A DNA stretch of 61,997 bases from a virus (lineage: Duplodnaviria; Caudoviricetes): positions 1-61,997 of IMG/VR virus record IMGVR_UViG_3300035661_000067. One strand, written 5' to 3'. The notes beneath the pieces were generated by a model that did not search any database, was not told the origin of the DNA, and saw nothing but the letters and a program-made list of their open reading frames with translations. Made by a program: the position numbers and the translations under genes. Position 1 is the first letter of the stretch. Each line of letters begins with the position of its first letter. Below, one piece after another: positions 27,921 through 36,689 of this stretch.

Positions 27921-27994
27921 TGGTGGCGCGGGATGGAATCGAACCACCGACCTATGGGTTATGAGCCCACCGGACAACCTGTCCTACGCGCGCC
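27921..27994 (-). tRNA. tRNA with CAT anticodon (Met-like, non-canonical)
   Basis: GGCGCGCG TA GGAC-AGGTT-GTCC G GTGGG-CTCATAA-CCCAT AGGTC GGTGG-TTCGATT-CCATC CCGCGCC A CCA; encoded CCA. Confidence 0.85.
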
Positions 27995-28035
27995 TTGCAG
28001 ACTAATTCCCCTTTTTAGCCTGCACTTGTAATCCT

Positions 28036-28072
28036 GAAAAGCCAGATGGCGCCGAGGTTCCCCGGCGCCATC
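28036..28072 (-). terminator. Probable intrinsic terminator after the ejection-protein operon
   Basis: GATGGCGCCG/CGGCGCCATC 10-bp stem followed by TGGCTTTTC on the minus strand. Confidence 0.5.
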
Positions 28073-28115
28073 CTACAGGGCTACCCGCGTCCCTTGCCGC
28101 CGCGGGTGGCCTTTC

Positions 28116-30005
28116 TCACTGTCCAGTGCCGTAAACCCACGAGGGGTCGGCGGGCTGCGTTGTGCTTCCCCCGCCTTCATAGTTTGCCGCGCCCTGGTCA
28201 GCGGTGCGAAGGAAATCCGCCGCCTGCGAGGCTTGTTCTTCGGGCGGAAGATCGGCGAAGCCGGGATGCCCGAGGGGATCGGCCGTGAAGATCTTCATCA
28301 CGTTCAGGATGTCGTTGCGGCTCTTGTTTGTGCCCTGCAGCTTCATCTGTGCGATCTGCACTGAGGTTTCCAGCTTTTGAGAGGCCATCACTGCAGCCCG
28401 GGTAGAGACCTGCTGCTTCTGTGATTCCTCGAATAGCTTGTCGGGCGGCAGGGCCAGGAGCCCGGTCTGAACCATGTCGTTCATCCCGTTGTAGTGCGTC
28501 ATGGTCGTCTTGCCGTCCTTGCCGACCACGGCGATGTCGAACCCGGTGACGATGCCATTCTCGTCTCGCGTCACCTTGCTCGCAGCCTTGTCCACAGTAA
28601 CACCGACATCCATGCCGTTGATATATGTGGTAAAGTTCGTGAGAAGCCCATCGGCATCCCCAATCGCAAGGCTGTGAAGCGCCTTGGACCAATCCGTCAT
28701 GGAATCCTGCGCCTTGCTGCCCGTAGCCCAATCCTTGAGGGCCTGCGCCCTGTCGATCTCGCCCCTCGACATATAGTAGTCGATCAACTTCGGAACCCCG
28801 ATGTCTCGGTAGTTTTCCATGGTCGATTTGACGGCCTTGGTTTCCTGCTCGGGGGTGCGCGAGAGGGGGCTGTTGAAGCTGATCGCGCTCCGCCCAGCCT
28901 TGGGTGCGGGCGGCGTCATGGCTGCGGCGATAGCGGGCGCGGTCGTGTCGGGCGGAGGCGCAGCGGCGGCGGCTGCCTGATTGCCACCCATCGGGGGCGC
29001 GGCGGGCTGCTGCTGGGGCGCGGCCGCCGATGTAGATGTGCCAGCACTGAACCCCGTCAAGGCTGCAGCGTTGGCGCGAGGATCTGGCGGGGTCTTCGGG
29101 TTGACAATGGTCTGGCCCGCCGTGGCGTTCGGATCGGATGGCGGGACCGTAGGGCCGCCAGGTGTGGCATAGCCACCGGGCGGGGGCGGGGCGTTCAGCC
29201 GAGCCTGCTCTTCGGCATCGGAAGGCCGCGCGCCGGGCAGGCTGCGGCCCTGCGTCCCGACCGAGTTCTGAATCGCAGCACTGACAGCCCCGGGCGGCAC
29301 CAGTGCGCGCTCTTCCGGGGTCATGGCATTCCACTCTTCGATGGTCTGTGGGATCTTCACGCCGGGGGGCGCCTGGGTCTGCGGCGTAGGTCCGGCCGGA
29401 GCCTGGGCGACACCATTGCCTCCCACGGAGCGATTGATCGCCGCGCTGATCGCTTCGGGCGGGACCGTGGCCCGCTGCTCAGGGGTCATGGCGTTCCACT
29501 GCTCGACGGTCAGTGTGGAATAGTCATTGGGTTCGGGAGAGGTAGGGCCGCCCACCGGGCTAATAGCGCCCGGAAGAGATCGCTGCGTGGTTGGAGCCCC
29601 TGCAGGCGCACCGGGGTCCACCCCATCGCTCATAGAGGGAACACTGGAGCCGAAGGATAGGCTGGGCGCGCTGGGGTCGCCCATCATGCCGGGGATGTCG
29701 GTGTTCACGCCGGACTGCGGCGGAGACGCCTCGCTGGCCGCGCCGCCCTCCTGAGAGGCTTTCCATGCCGCCGCCTTAGCGTCCCGATCATCCTGCGCTT
29801 CTTTCAGCACACGGTCTTGCTCGGCCCGAAGGCGCTGGCGCTCTTCGACGGTATATGTCCGGTCGCCGCGCGCCCAATCGCGGTTCTCGTTGAGCCACTT
29901 CCGGTCTTCCGCATCGAGGGCAATCTGCCGCTTGCGGTCATCCCATGCGTTGCGCTGGTTCATCCCCCCAACGAAGCCGTCCACAAAGCTGCCAAGTCCG
30001 GCCAT
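28116..30005 (-). CDS. Internal virion/ejection protein
   Basis: 629 aa; MAGLGSFVDGFVGG start, coiled coil, Pro/Ala-rich middle; position among podovirus core genes. Confidence 0.7.
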   Translation of the reverse strand: MAGLGSFVDGFVGGMNQRNAWDDRKRQIALDAEDRKWLNENRDWARGDRTYTVEERQRLRAEQDRVLKEAQDDRDAKAAAWKASQEGGAASEASPPQSGVNTDIPGMMGDPSAPSLSFGSSVPSMSDGVDPGAPAGAPTTQRSLPGAISPVGGPTSPEPNDYSTLTVEQWNAMTPEQRATVPPEAISAAINRSVGGNGVAQAPAGPTPQTQAPPGVKIPQTIEEWNAMTPEERALVPPGAVSAAIQNSVGTQGRSLPGARPSDAEEQARLNAPPPPGGYATPGGPTVPPSDPNATAGQTIVNPKTPPDPRANAAALTGFSAGTSTSAAAPQQQPAAPPMGGNQAAAAAAPPPDTTAPAIAAAMTPPAPKAGRSAISFNSPLSRTPEQETKAVKSTMENYRDIGVPKLIDYYMSRGEIDRAQALKDWATGSKAQDSMTDWSKALHSLAIGDADGLLTNFTTYINGMDVGVTVDKAASKVTRDENGIVTGFDIAVVGKDGKTTMTHYNGMNDMVQTGLLALPPDKLFEESQKQQVSTRAAVMASQKLETSVQIAQMKLQGTNKSRNDILNVMKIFTADPLGHPGFADLPPEEQASQAADFLRTADQGAANYEGGGSTTQPADPSWVYGTGQ

Positions 30006-30014
30006 GATCGGCTC

Positions 30015-30851
30015 CTATTGCGTGAGGGAGGCGAGAACGCCCCCAAGAGGTGAGTTTTTGAAGCCATCTTGCAGGTTGTTCATCATGGTTTGCCCAAAAG
30101 ACAGAGGCGCAGTGTCCACAGATCTTTCCACAGGCGCGGCTGGGGTCGAATATCGGGCCAAGCTGTCGGCATAGATCTTCGATCGCCCGCCTTGGTTCGA
30201 GTTCATGCTCGTCCATGTGGACTGCAGCGTGTTCATGATCTCTGGGGTCATCCCACCCACCTGCAGATCCGCATCGAGATTGCGCCCAGTGCGCTTGCCA
30301 TAGTTCGAGGCCGCGAGTTGCCACGCATACTTGTCCTGATTTTCAGGCGTGAACGGCGTGTCGGCCCCGGCAGTGTCTTTCCAGGTGGACCATGTGAACT
30401 GATACCGGCCCGCCGCCGAAGACTTCCCGGCTGGGCCAGGCTCATAGATCCGCGGGTGAGTGCCGTTCAGGTCGAACTTTGCGCCACCTTGCGGAGTATA
30501 GCGCACGTCATAGGCCCCACCCGGCGATTCCCCATACGAGATCGCATTCAGTGCCGCGCGCTGATAGGGCGCAAGGGTGGTGTTCACAGGATCTGTAGTC
30601 GGGCCGTCAGGCTGGTAAGAGCCGCCGCCGTTGCTGCTTGCTGCGGGAGCATAGCCTGCAGCCGGGCCTGCAGCACCGCTGTTCTCGCCGCTGCCATCAA
30701 CAGGCATGCCCTGATAGGCGCCCTCGCGCATAGCATCGCGCCGCGCCTGATCTTCGGCGGCGATGTCCTGCTTCTGGCGCAGATAGTCCTTCTGCTTCGT
30801 GTAGCTGGTGGAGAAGCTGGAGAGGAAATCGCCGGTCGGAGATCCGCTCAT
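30015..30851 (-). CDS. Virion-associated lysozyme (lambda-R/GH104-like) ejection protein
   Basis: ALNAISYGES...YD, SSAAGRYQF, FTPENQD. Confidence 0.8.
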   Translation of the reverse strand: MSGSPTGDFLSSFSTSYTKQKDYLRQKQDIAAEDQARRDAMREGAYQGMPVDGSGENSGAAGPAAGYAPAASSNGGGSYQPDGPTTDPVNTTLAPYQRAALNAISYGESPGGAYDVRYTPQGGAKFDLNGTHPRIYEPGPAGKSSAAGRYQFTWSTWKDTAGADTPFTPENQDKYAWQLAASNYGKRTGRNLDADLQVGGMTPEIMNTLQSTWTSMNSNQGGRSKIYADSLARYSTPAAPVERSVDTAPLSFGQTMMNNLQDGFKNSPLGGVLASLTQ

Positions 30852-32275
30852 GCGGCCCTCGCCATCTGCGGAAGGGACCGCTTCGAAGTCGGCATATGAT
30901 TGCCGCGCGCCTCGACCATACGGTTTTGTCTGGCATCCATCGACTGGCTGACGGTCGGGTGTGTGGTTGCGCGGTCGGTCGCATTGGCCTTGGATTGCGC
31001 CATCGCCACCCGGTCTTGCCGGGCCTGCATCGAAGATCCGCCCGGGGATTTGCGGTCATCAGCTTCTGGTCGGCCAGCCGCCACATCGGCGCGCTCTTGG
31101 GCCTTGACCTTGAGCGTTTCGCCGGCCTCGTGGCTCTTGGATTCCTTCTCGCCCGCCTCACCCTTGGATTGCGCCAGAGCCACGCGGTCTTGCCGGGCCT
31201 GCATACTCTTGCCGCCCGGCGCATTTCGGTCATCGGCTTCTGGTCGGCCGGCCGCCACATCAGCGTGCTCCCGGGCCTTGACCTTGAGCGTTTCACCGGC
31301 CTCGTGGCTTTTGGATTCCTTCTCGCCCGCCTCGCCCTTGGCACCCGGAATCGACCGCTTGAGGCCATCGACCTCCTTGGAGAGTTCCTGCACTGCGCCC
31401 ATGACCGTGCCGATTGCGTCGATCACATTGATCGTGCGCCCGTCGCCGAACCCGGTCTGTGCCTTGAAGTCTTGCGCCATGGTGCCGACATGGCGCCCGC
31501 CGTCGCCCGCGCCGTCTTTGTAGGTCCAGTCTTTGACTGGCATGCTGTCCACCGCATCAAGCAGGGACCGGCCCGGCTTCTTGATGTCCTTCTTGGTGTT
31601 TTTGTCCGAGCCAAAGGCCAGACCCACGATGGAGCCGACGCCGCTGTAGAGCGCGGAACTGGCGTCGGCCTTCGCCTGATACCCCTGCATTTGCTGGGAA
31701 TACTGCTGGTTCAGGCTGTTGGCTTGCCCGGTATAGCCTGCCTGCGCGCCAGAATAGCCCGACGAAGCGGCTTGGTTTGATGTCTGGATGTCCGATGTCG
31801 CCTGCATCGGAAGCCCACTGACCATATTGATCGCGTTAGCCTGCATCGCATCGGCGGTCGCATGGGTCTGGGCGCGCGAGGCATTGGCAGCACCGGCCAC
31901 TTGGAGGCCACCCATGATCGAAGCTGACTTGTCAGCCGCCATGGCTTTGCCGGAGTTCGGGTTGACGCCCATGCCCTGCATCTGGCGATTCATCGCGCCA
32001 GTCTGCGCGTCGATCGAGGTTTGGGCCTGAGCACTCGCCTGGTTGGCCTTCAGCGCGAGGTTGTCCGCGCTGTCGTAATTGGCAGCGTCCTTGATGTATT
32101 GGTCCTGCATTGGGACCGTGACACTCTCGTATCGTGCCCGATCATCGGCGGCCCACTGGTTGGTGATGCCAGCCTGCTGCTGCATATACGCGAGATAGTC
32201 CTGCCCGGTCTGGGCCTGCATCATGGCCGCCTGGCCCATGGCGGGATCTGGCGACGGAACGCTGGGTTTACCCAT
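30848..32275 (-). CDS. Ejection/pilot protein with S74 intramolecular-chaperone domain and C-terminal repeats
   Basis: Q/A/M-rich N-terminus; SDKNTKKDI...WTYK...HVGTMAQD...GAVQEL. Confidence 0.75.
   Translation of the reverse strand: MGKPSVPSPDPAMGQAAMMQAQTGQDYLAYMQQQAGITNQWAADDRARYESVTVPMQDQYIKDAANYDSADNLALKANQASAQAQTSIDAQTGAMNRQMQGMGVNPNSGKAMAADKSASIMGGLQVAGAANASRAQTHATADAMQANAINMVSGLPMQATSDIQTSNQAASSGYSGAQAGYTGQANSLNQQYSQQMQGYQAKADASSALYSGVGSIVGLAFGSDKNTKKDIKKPGRSLLDAVDSMPVKDWTYKDGAGDGGRHVGTMAQDFKAQTGFGDGRTINVIDAIGTVMGAVQELSKEVDGLKRSIPGAKGEAGEKESKSHEAGETLKVKAREHADVAAGRPEADDRNAPGGKSMQARQDRVALAQSKGEAGEKESKSHEAGETLKVKAQERADVAAGRPEADDRKSPGGSSMQARQDRVAMAQSKANATDRATTHPTVSQSMDARQNRMVEARGNHMPTSKRSLPQMARAA
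30988..31341. repeat. 174-bp (58-aa) tandem duplication
   Basis: Copies begin at 30988 and 31162 (CCTTGGATTGCGCC). Confidence 0.9.
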
Positions 32276-32741
32276 TTTCTTGCCTCATCAGGTCTGCAAT
32301 GAACTTGCACTCGACGTTGAACATCTGGCCCACAGCGTTCTTCTTCGATCCATCGGGCGTCTTGCGGATTTCGCCCTCGACCTTGAATCCCATCTGCAGC
32401 CACATTTTTATCGCGGCGGCGTTCTCACTTGGGGTCGAAGCTATCACGCTTCGCACACCCAAGACCAGAAAGATGTAGTGGAACAGGCCCCTCAGAACCC
32501 TATAGGTGGCCCATTTTCGTTTTCCATCGCTGGCAAAATGCCCTGTGCAGGTGTCGTCATAGAAGGCGTTCAGCACCGCAACGGCCACAATCCGGCCATC
32601 CTCGCTGTCCAGAATCCCAAAAGCCTTGGCATCCGGTCCCCAATACCAAGGGCCGTCTCCGCCCAAAATGCGCTGACCGGCCCATTGCAGGAGGGTTTCC
32701 TGCCCGGAAAGCGTCATCTTGAGGTGCTGATGGTTCGCCAT
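32268..32741 (-). CDS. GNAT-like acetyltransferase
   Basis: FHYIF..LGVRSV....SENAAAIK....MGFKVEGEIR; usual position before podovirus internal proteins. Confidence 0.8.
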   Translation of the reverse strand: MANHQHLKMTLSGQETLLQWAGQRILGGDGPWYWGPDAKAFGILDSEDGRIVAVAVLNAFYDDTCTGHFASDGKRKWATYRVLRGLFHYIFLVLGVRSVIASTPSENAAAIKMWLQMGFKVEGEIRKTPDGSKKNAVGQMFNVECKFIADLMRQENG

Positions 32742-32742
32742 T

Positions 32743-34095
32743 TTACCAGGTGAAGATGTAGATCGCGCCGTCGCCGCCCACGCCGCCGCCGCCGCCGAGG
32801 CCCGGGTTCATGCCTACGCCGCCGCCGCCGCCGCCGCCGCCGCCTGCGCCGCCTGCGCCGCCTGCCGCGCCATTGGTCGAGGCGTTTACGGTCGATCCGC
32901 CGCCGCCGCCACCCGCGCCGCCGCGCGACGAGTTGCCCGCCGCACCCGCGCTGCCTGCGGTAGGAGCCGGACCAGACGTGCCCGCCGCGCCCCCGCCGCC
33001 GCTGGTATAGGAGTTCGAGGCCCCGCCTGCCGCTGCCGCGGTGACGGCAGGGGTCGCGTCGTGCCCGCCGCCGCAGCCGCCGCCTCCGCCGCCCCGCAGG
33101 GACGAGCCGCCAGCGCATGCCACGGCTAGGGTGCTAGATCCGCCGCCGCCGCCGCCGCCCCATTCCGCGCAATGGGTAGAAATGACGGCAACGGAGCCGA
33201 GAGAGCCAGTCCCTGCGACGCAGCCGGTGTTGACCGGGGCGCCGGGAGATCCGCCCGAGCCAGCAGCTGTGGAGCCGGTGCCGCCCGCGCTGGCTGTCCC
33301 GCCGCCGCCGCCGCCGCCCGTGACTGCGCCGGAAATCGCCCCGCCGCGCCCGCCGCCGCCACCAAAGGCCGAGACAAGGTTGCCCGCAGTGCCGAAGGTG
33401 GTGTTTCCGCCGATGCCGCCATCACCGCCAAGGGCGCCAGCCACACCGGGAACGCCTGCCGCCCCGCCTGCGCCTACGGAGAAGTTCTCGGTGGCGCTGA
33501 GGTCGGAGGCGATGAAGATGCGCTGGTTATAGGCCCCGGCGCCGCCGCTGCCGCCGCCCTTGGCAACAACCGCCGTGGCAAGGGATGCGCCTGCCCCGCC
33601 GCCGCCGCCCGCACCATATTCGACCACATTGACGAATTTCGGCACAAAGGCGGTGGGCTTGGTCCAGGTGCCCGCGCCCGACACAAGGCGGGTCTGCACA
33701 TCGTTCGGCCCGGCCTGATAGTTCCAGGTCGGGATGCCATTGTTGTTGTAAAGCTGGAAGTCGCCGTTGAGGTCGAAAACAATGGTTTCACCGGCCTGTA
33801 GGATGTGCGTGTAGCCGCGATAGGCCACAGCCGATTCCAGCTTTTCGATGCTGATCGTGTTCGGGTTCGAGGCGTCCCGGTTTGTCACGGACAGGCGCTT
33901 GATCTGCCGGAAGGTCGATGCAGCTGGCGCGGCGAGGATCGTCGTCGTCGTCGCCGTGGTGATCTTGGTTTTCTGGTCGCCCAGCCCTGTCACGCCCGAG
34001 GCTGTCGTGATGTCGGTATAGTCCACCATGATGTCGAGTGCCGCGGTGGAGGACGAGACAAGCTGGACAAGGGTCGTGGAGTTCAGAAGGAACAT
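32743..34095 (-). CDS. Glycine-rich tail fibre/adhesin
   Basis: GTWTKP...YGAGGGG, polyglycine tracts, ends GGDGAIYIFTW. Confidence 0.8.
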   Translation of the reverse strand: MFLLNSTTLVQLVSSSTAALDIMVDYTDITTASGVTGLGDQKTKITTATTTTILAAPAASTFRQIKRLSVTNRDASNPNTISIEKLESAVAYRGYTHILQAGETIVFDLNGDFQLYNNNGIPTWNYQAGPNDVQTRLVSGAGTWTKPTAFVPKFVNVVEYGAGGGGGAGASLATAVVAKGGGSGGAGAYNQRIFIASDLSATENFSVGAGGAAGVPGVAGALGGDGGIGGNTTFGTAGNLVSAFGGGGGRGGAISGAVTGGGGGGGTASAGGTGSTAAGSGGSPGAPVNTGCVAGTGSLGSVAVISTHCAEWGGGGGGGSSTLAVACAGGSSLRGGGGGGCGGGHDATPAVTAAAAGGASNSYTSGGGGAAGTSGPAPTAGSAGAAGNSSRGGAGGGGGGSTVNASTNGAAGGAGGAGGGGGGGGGVGMNPGLGGGGGVGGDGAIYIFTW

Positions 34096-34098
34096 GGT

Positions 34099-35607
34099 TC
34101 AGATCCTCAAGCTGGAATAGGCCATGACCTGGCCGGGTGAAACACCGCCGCCGCCGCCACCCGGCACGGCCCAGGTGCCATCGGCGCGCAGGTAGAGGAC
34201 GGTGCCCCCGCCCGAGGCTGGCACGAGGCCCGCAAGGGCACTGGTGAAGGCGGGTAGCATGGCATTGACCTGATCGACGGTAAGGGCTGCGGGAACGGCA
34301 GAACCGCCCGTGTTGTTGCCTATCAGGGTCAGGGTGGGCAGGTTCGCCATGTGCGAGAGGGCAACGGCACCCGATGTGATGGTGGTGGCAAAGGTGCCCG
34401 TGCCGCTGCCGGTGATGGAGCCGGTCAGGGTGACGGTCTGGTCGCCCGAGTTTGTGCCGGTCAGGCTGAGGTCGGTCTTGACCTGCGCGATGGTGCGCCC
34501 GGTCCATGCGCCCCCCTTCACCTGCATGAAGTTGTCGTTGGTGAGGGCAAGCGCCTGGATCGCGGTTAGGCTAGCGCCGAGGGGCTGATAGGCTGCCGCA
34601 AGGCCGCCAATATCGGCGGTCGTGATGGCAAGGCTGGTCTTGAACGCGGCGAAGGTGGCTTCGGCGATCACCTTCCCGCTGGCGCCGGAAAACACGGCCG
34701 GGTTGCCGCTGGTGACGGCGGATGGGCCGACAACAGCGCCGTCGATGTTGGTCTGTGTGACGTTCCACTGTGCGCCGACCGTGGCTTGGTCGCCCGAGGC
34801 AGTGCTGTCGGTCTGACACATGATGGTATCGCCAATTTCCACCACGACACCGGACGCTCCGCCGATCCGGCCCGCCGATGTCACCTTGTAAAGGTGGCCG
34901 GTATCCGCTGCGGGATAGTTCGGGTTGGCGGCGCAGGCGATCCCGCCCTTGTAAACCATGGCGTCCGCGGCGGCGATGATCGCGCCCACGGCTGCGGTAA
35001 CAAAGGCGGTCGAGGCGATCTGCGTCGTGTTGGTGCTTGGCGCTGCCGTGGGCGCGGCTGGGGTGCCGGTGAAAGTCGGCGATGCGAGGTTGGCCTTGAG
35101 CGCATCCGCCGTGTCCACATAGGCAGTGGTGGCGATCTGCGTCGTGTTGGTTCCCGGCGCGGCGGTCGGGGCCGCAGGAACGCCCGTAAAGGTCGGCCCC
35201 GCGATGTTGGCCTTGAGGTTGTCGGCGGTCGTCACGAAAGCGGTCGTAGCAAGCTGGGTCGTGTTCGTGCTGGGTGCCGCTGTGGGCGCGGCAGGGGTGC
35301 CGAGGAAAGTGGGGCTGGTGATAGGCGCCCGCAGGGTGATCTGCGCCTGCAACTGCCCGAAGGCGGCGAGGATCGTGTCGGTAGCAGCAATGACGGCGCT
35401 GGATGCGAGCGAAAGTCCAGTTAGGACCGTGGTCAGGACCGAGCTTCCCCCGCCCCCGCCAGCGGTGGCGAGGGTATTGTAGGCCGTGACGCCATCGCCC
35501 ACCTTGAAGATCTTGTTGGTCTTGTCGAAACAGATTTGACCATCGCCAGGGATAGGGTTCACGGAGGCCCAATTTGCTGCTGTATCTCGCCGAACGCGGA
35601 GCATCAT
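34099..35607 (-). CDS. Tail fibre protein with Mtd-like N-terminal motif
   Basis: RRDTAANWASVNPI..GQI...FKVGDGVTAYN; SPTFTGTPAAPTA repeats. Confidence 0.85.
   Translation of the reverse strand: MMLRVRRDTAANWASVNPIPGDGQICFDKTNKIFKVGDGVTAYNTLATAGGGGGSSVLTTVLTGLSLASSAVIAATDTILAAFGQLQAQITLRAPITSPTFLGTPAAPTAAPSTNTTQLATTAFVTTADNLKANIAGPTFTGVPAAPTAAPGTNTTQIATTAYVDTADALKANLASPTFTGTPAAPTAAPSTNTTQIASTAFVTAAVGAIIAAADAMVYKGGIACAANPNYPAADTGHLYKVTSAGRIGGASGVVVEIGDTIMCQTDSTASGDQATVGAQWNVTQTNIDGAVVGPSAVTSGNPAVFSGASGKVIAEATFAAFKTSLAITTADIGGLAAAYQPLGASLTAIQALALTNDNFMQVKGGAWTGRTIAQVKTDLSLTGTNSGDQTVTLTGSITGSGTGTFATTITSGAVALSHMANLPTLTLIGNNTGGSAVPAALTVDQVNAMLPAFTSALAGLVPASGGGTVLYLRADGTWAVPGGGGGGVSPGQVMAYSSLRI
34996..35330. 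repeat. Three ~120-bp fibre repeats
   Basis: PTF(L/T)G.PAAPTAAP.TNTTQ(L/I)A.TA.V three times. Confidence 0.85.
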
Positions 35608-35879
35608 GCGCCTCCTTCTTCAAGGTCATAGGCTGTAGTCGTGGCGCTGGCTGTGCCATCATCGAAGTTATAAACCCCGGTGCCGCCCCCACCGCCACCG
35701 CCACCGCCACCGCTGCCTCCGGCATAGGAAAGCGAGTTCCATGCGGTCACGCCGTCGCCAAATTTCCACTGCAGGGTGTCCATTTCCAGCCCGAGTTCTC
35801 CAGCGAACAGGACAGGGTTCGCAGCGGTCCAATCGGCCGCCGTGAAATGCCATTGCCACTGTCGCTGGTAGGAGGTCAT
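35604..35879 (-). CDS. Short Mtd_N/hyaluronidase-N-like fibre adaptor
   Basis: TAADWTAANPVLFAGELGLEMDT..WKFGDGVTAWNSLSY. Confidence 0.8.
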   Translation of the reverse strand: MTSYQRQWQWHFTAADWTAANPVLFAGELGLEMDTLQWKFGDGVTAWNSLSYAGGSGGGGGGGGGGTGVYNFDDGTASATTTAYDLEEGGA

Positions 35880-36394
35880 GCTGTGCCGAAGTTAGGGGTC
35901 AAAAGGTTTCCAGATCCGTCCACCCATGTCGGGGCCACGAAGGAGCCATTGACATCGGTCAGGTAGTGCTGCGCCGGATCTGCCACATTCCCGATGCCGG
36001 ACCCATAGTAGTTGCTAAGCGTCTCATTTGCATCACCATAGGTAGTGATCTCGGCATCGAAGGTCATGACGCGGCCCCGGTTAGTTGTCGCGGCGATCTT
36101 GAGGGTAAAAGTCGTGGCATCGAGGCCCTGATCAACGAAGGCGACCACGCCATACTTGGCGAAGCGGACCCATGTGCATGGCATGTTCACGTCATCGCTG
36201 GATTCGCCGGTTGCCGCAACCACTTCCTCGCCCGGCGCCAGCCGCAGGGACAGATCCACGGAATAGTCAAAGTGTTCCGCCGACCGTTTCGTGAAGGGCT
36301 GGGTGTCGCCCTGAGCCTGATCCCATCGGATGCGCCGCTTGTTGTAGCGGGGGAAGGACGATTCCGGCATGGTGAAGCCATTTTGAACGGTCAT
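35876..36394 (-). CDS. Tail fibre attachment protein (paralogue of 38323-38841)
   Basis: DYSVDL....PGEEV...RFA..GV.A.V..G...TTNRGR. Confidence 0.65.
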   Translation of the reverse strand: MTVQNGFTMPESSFPRYNKRRIRWDQAQGDTQPFTKRSAEHFDYSVDLSLRLAPGEEVVAATGESSDDVNMPCTWVRFAKYGVVAFVDQGLDATTFTLKIAATTNRGRVMTFDAEITTYGDANETLSNYYGSGIGNVADPAQHYLTDVNGSFVAPTWVDGSGNLLTPNFGTA

Positions 36395-36401
36395 GTGGTC
36401 C

Positions 36402-36689
36402 TCATGGGATAATCATGATCCCGGGCCGGCCGAGGTCCGGGCTGGGGTATGTGGGAGCAAAGGCGGTGTCGAACAGGGCTTGGATCGCGGCCGTCTCTGA
36501 AATCAGGAGCGTGACCTGGGAGTTGAGCGCGCTGATGCGCTTGATCTCCTTCCCGATGGTGGCCTGAACCTCTTGCAGATTCTTCAAGCGGAGGGCGGCA
36601 AGGAGCGGGTCGCCACGGTCGCCGTTCAGCCGGGCAACCTTTTCTTCAATCACCCGCATCGCGGCTTCGTTCAGGAGGGGCGTGGTCAT
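36402..36689 (-). CDS. Hypothetical tail-region coiled-coil protein
   Basis: ATGA coupling at 36689; EKVARLNGDRG. Confidence 0.65.
   Translation of the reverse strand: MTTPLLNEAAMRVIEEKVARLNGDRGDPLLAALRLKNLQEVQATIGKEIKRISALNSQVTLLISETAAIQALFDTAFAPTYPSPDLGRPGIMIIP

Noticed and set aside
27921-27960. tRNA 3' end as an attP site
   Set aside because: The tRNA is full length and no integrase was found
28198-29334. 378-aa alternative-frame ORF in an ejection gene
   Set aside because: Arg-rich shadow composition; codon bias favours the main frame
30584-30697. 37-aa +1-frame ORF (MAAARTAVLQARLQAML…) in the linker of the virion lysozyme gene
   Set aside because: Same pattern as the nested genes but short and without an SD; cannot be separated from chance
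30988-31341. Near-identical repeat pair as a possible DGR template/variable region
   Set aside because: In-frame tandem duplication, differences not adenine-specific, and no reverse transcriptase in the genome
32770-33620. GCC/CCG tandem tracts as a CRISPR array or satellite
   Set aside because: They encode polyglycine in a tail fibre; no repeat-spacer structure
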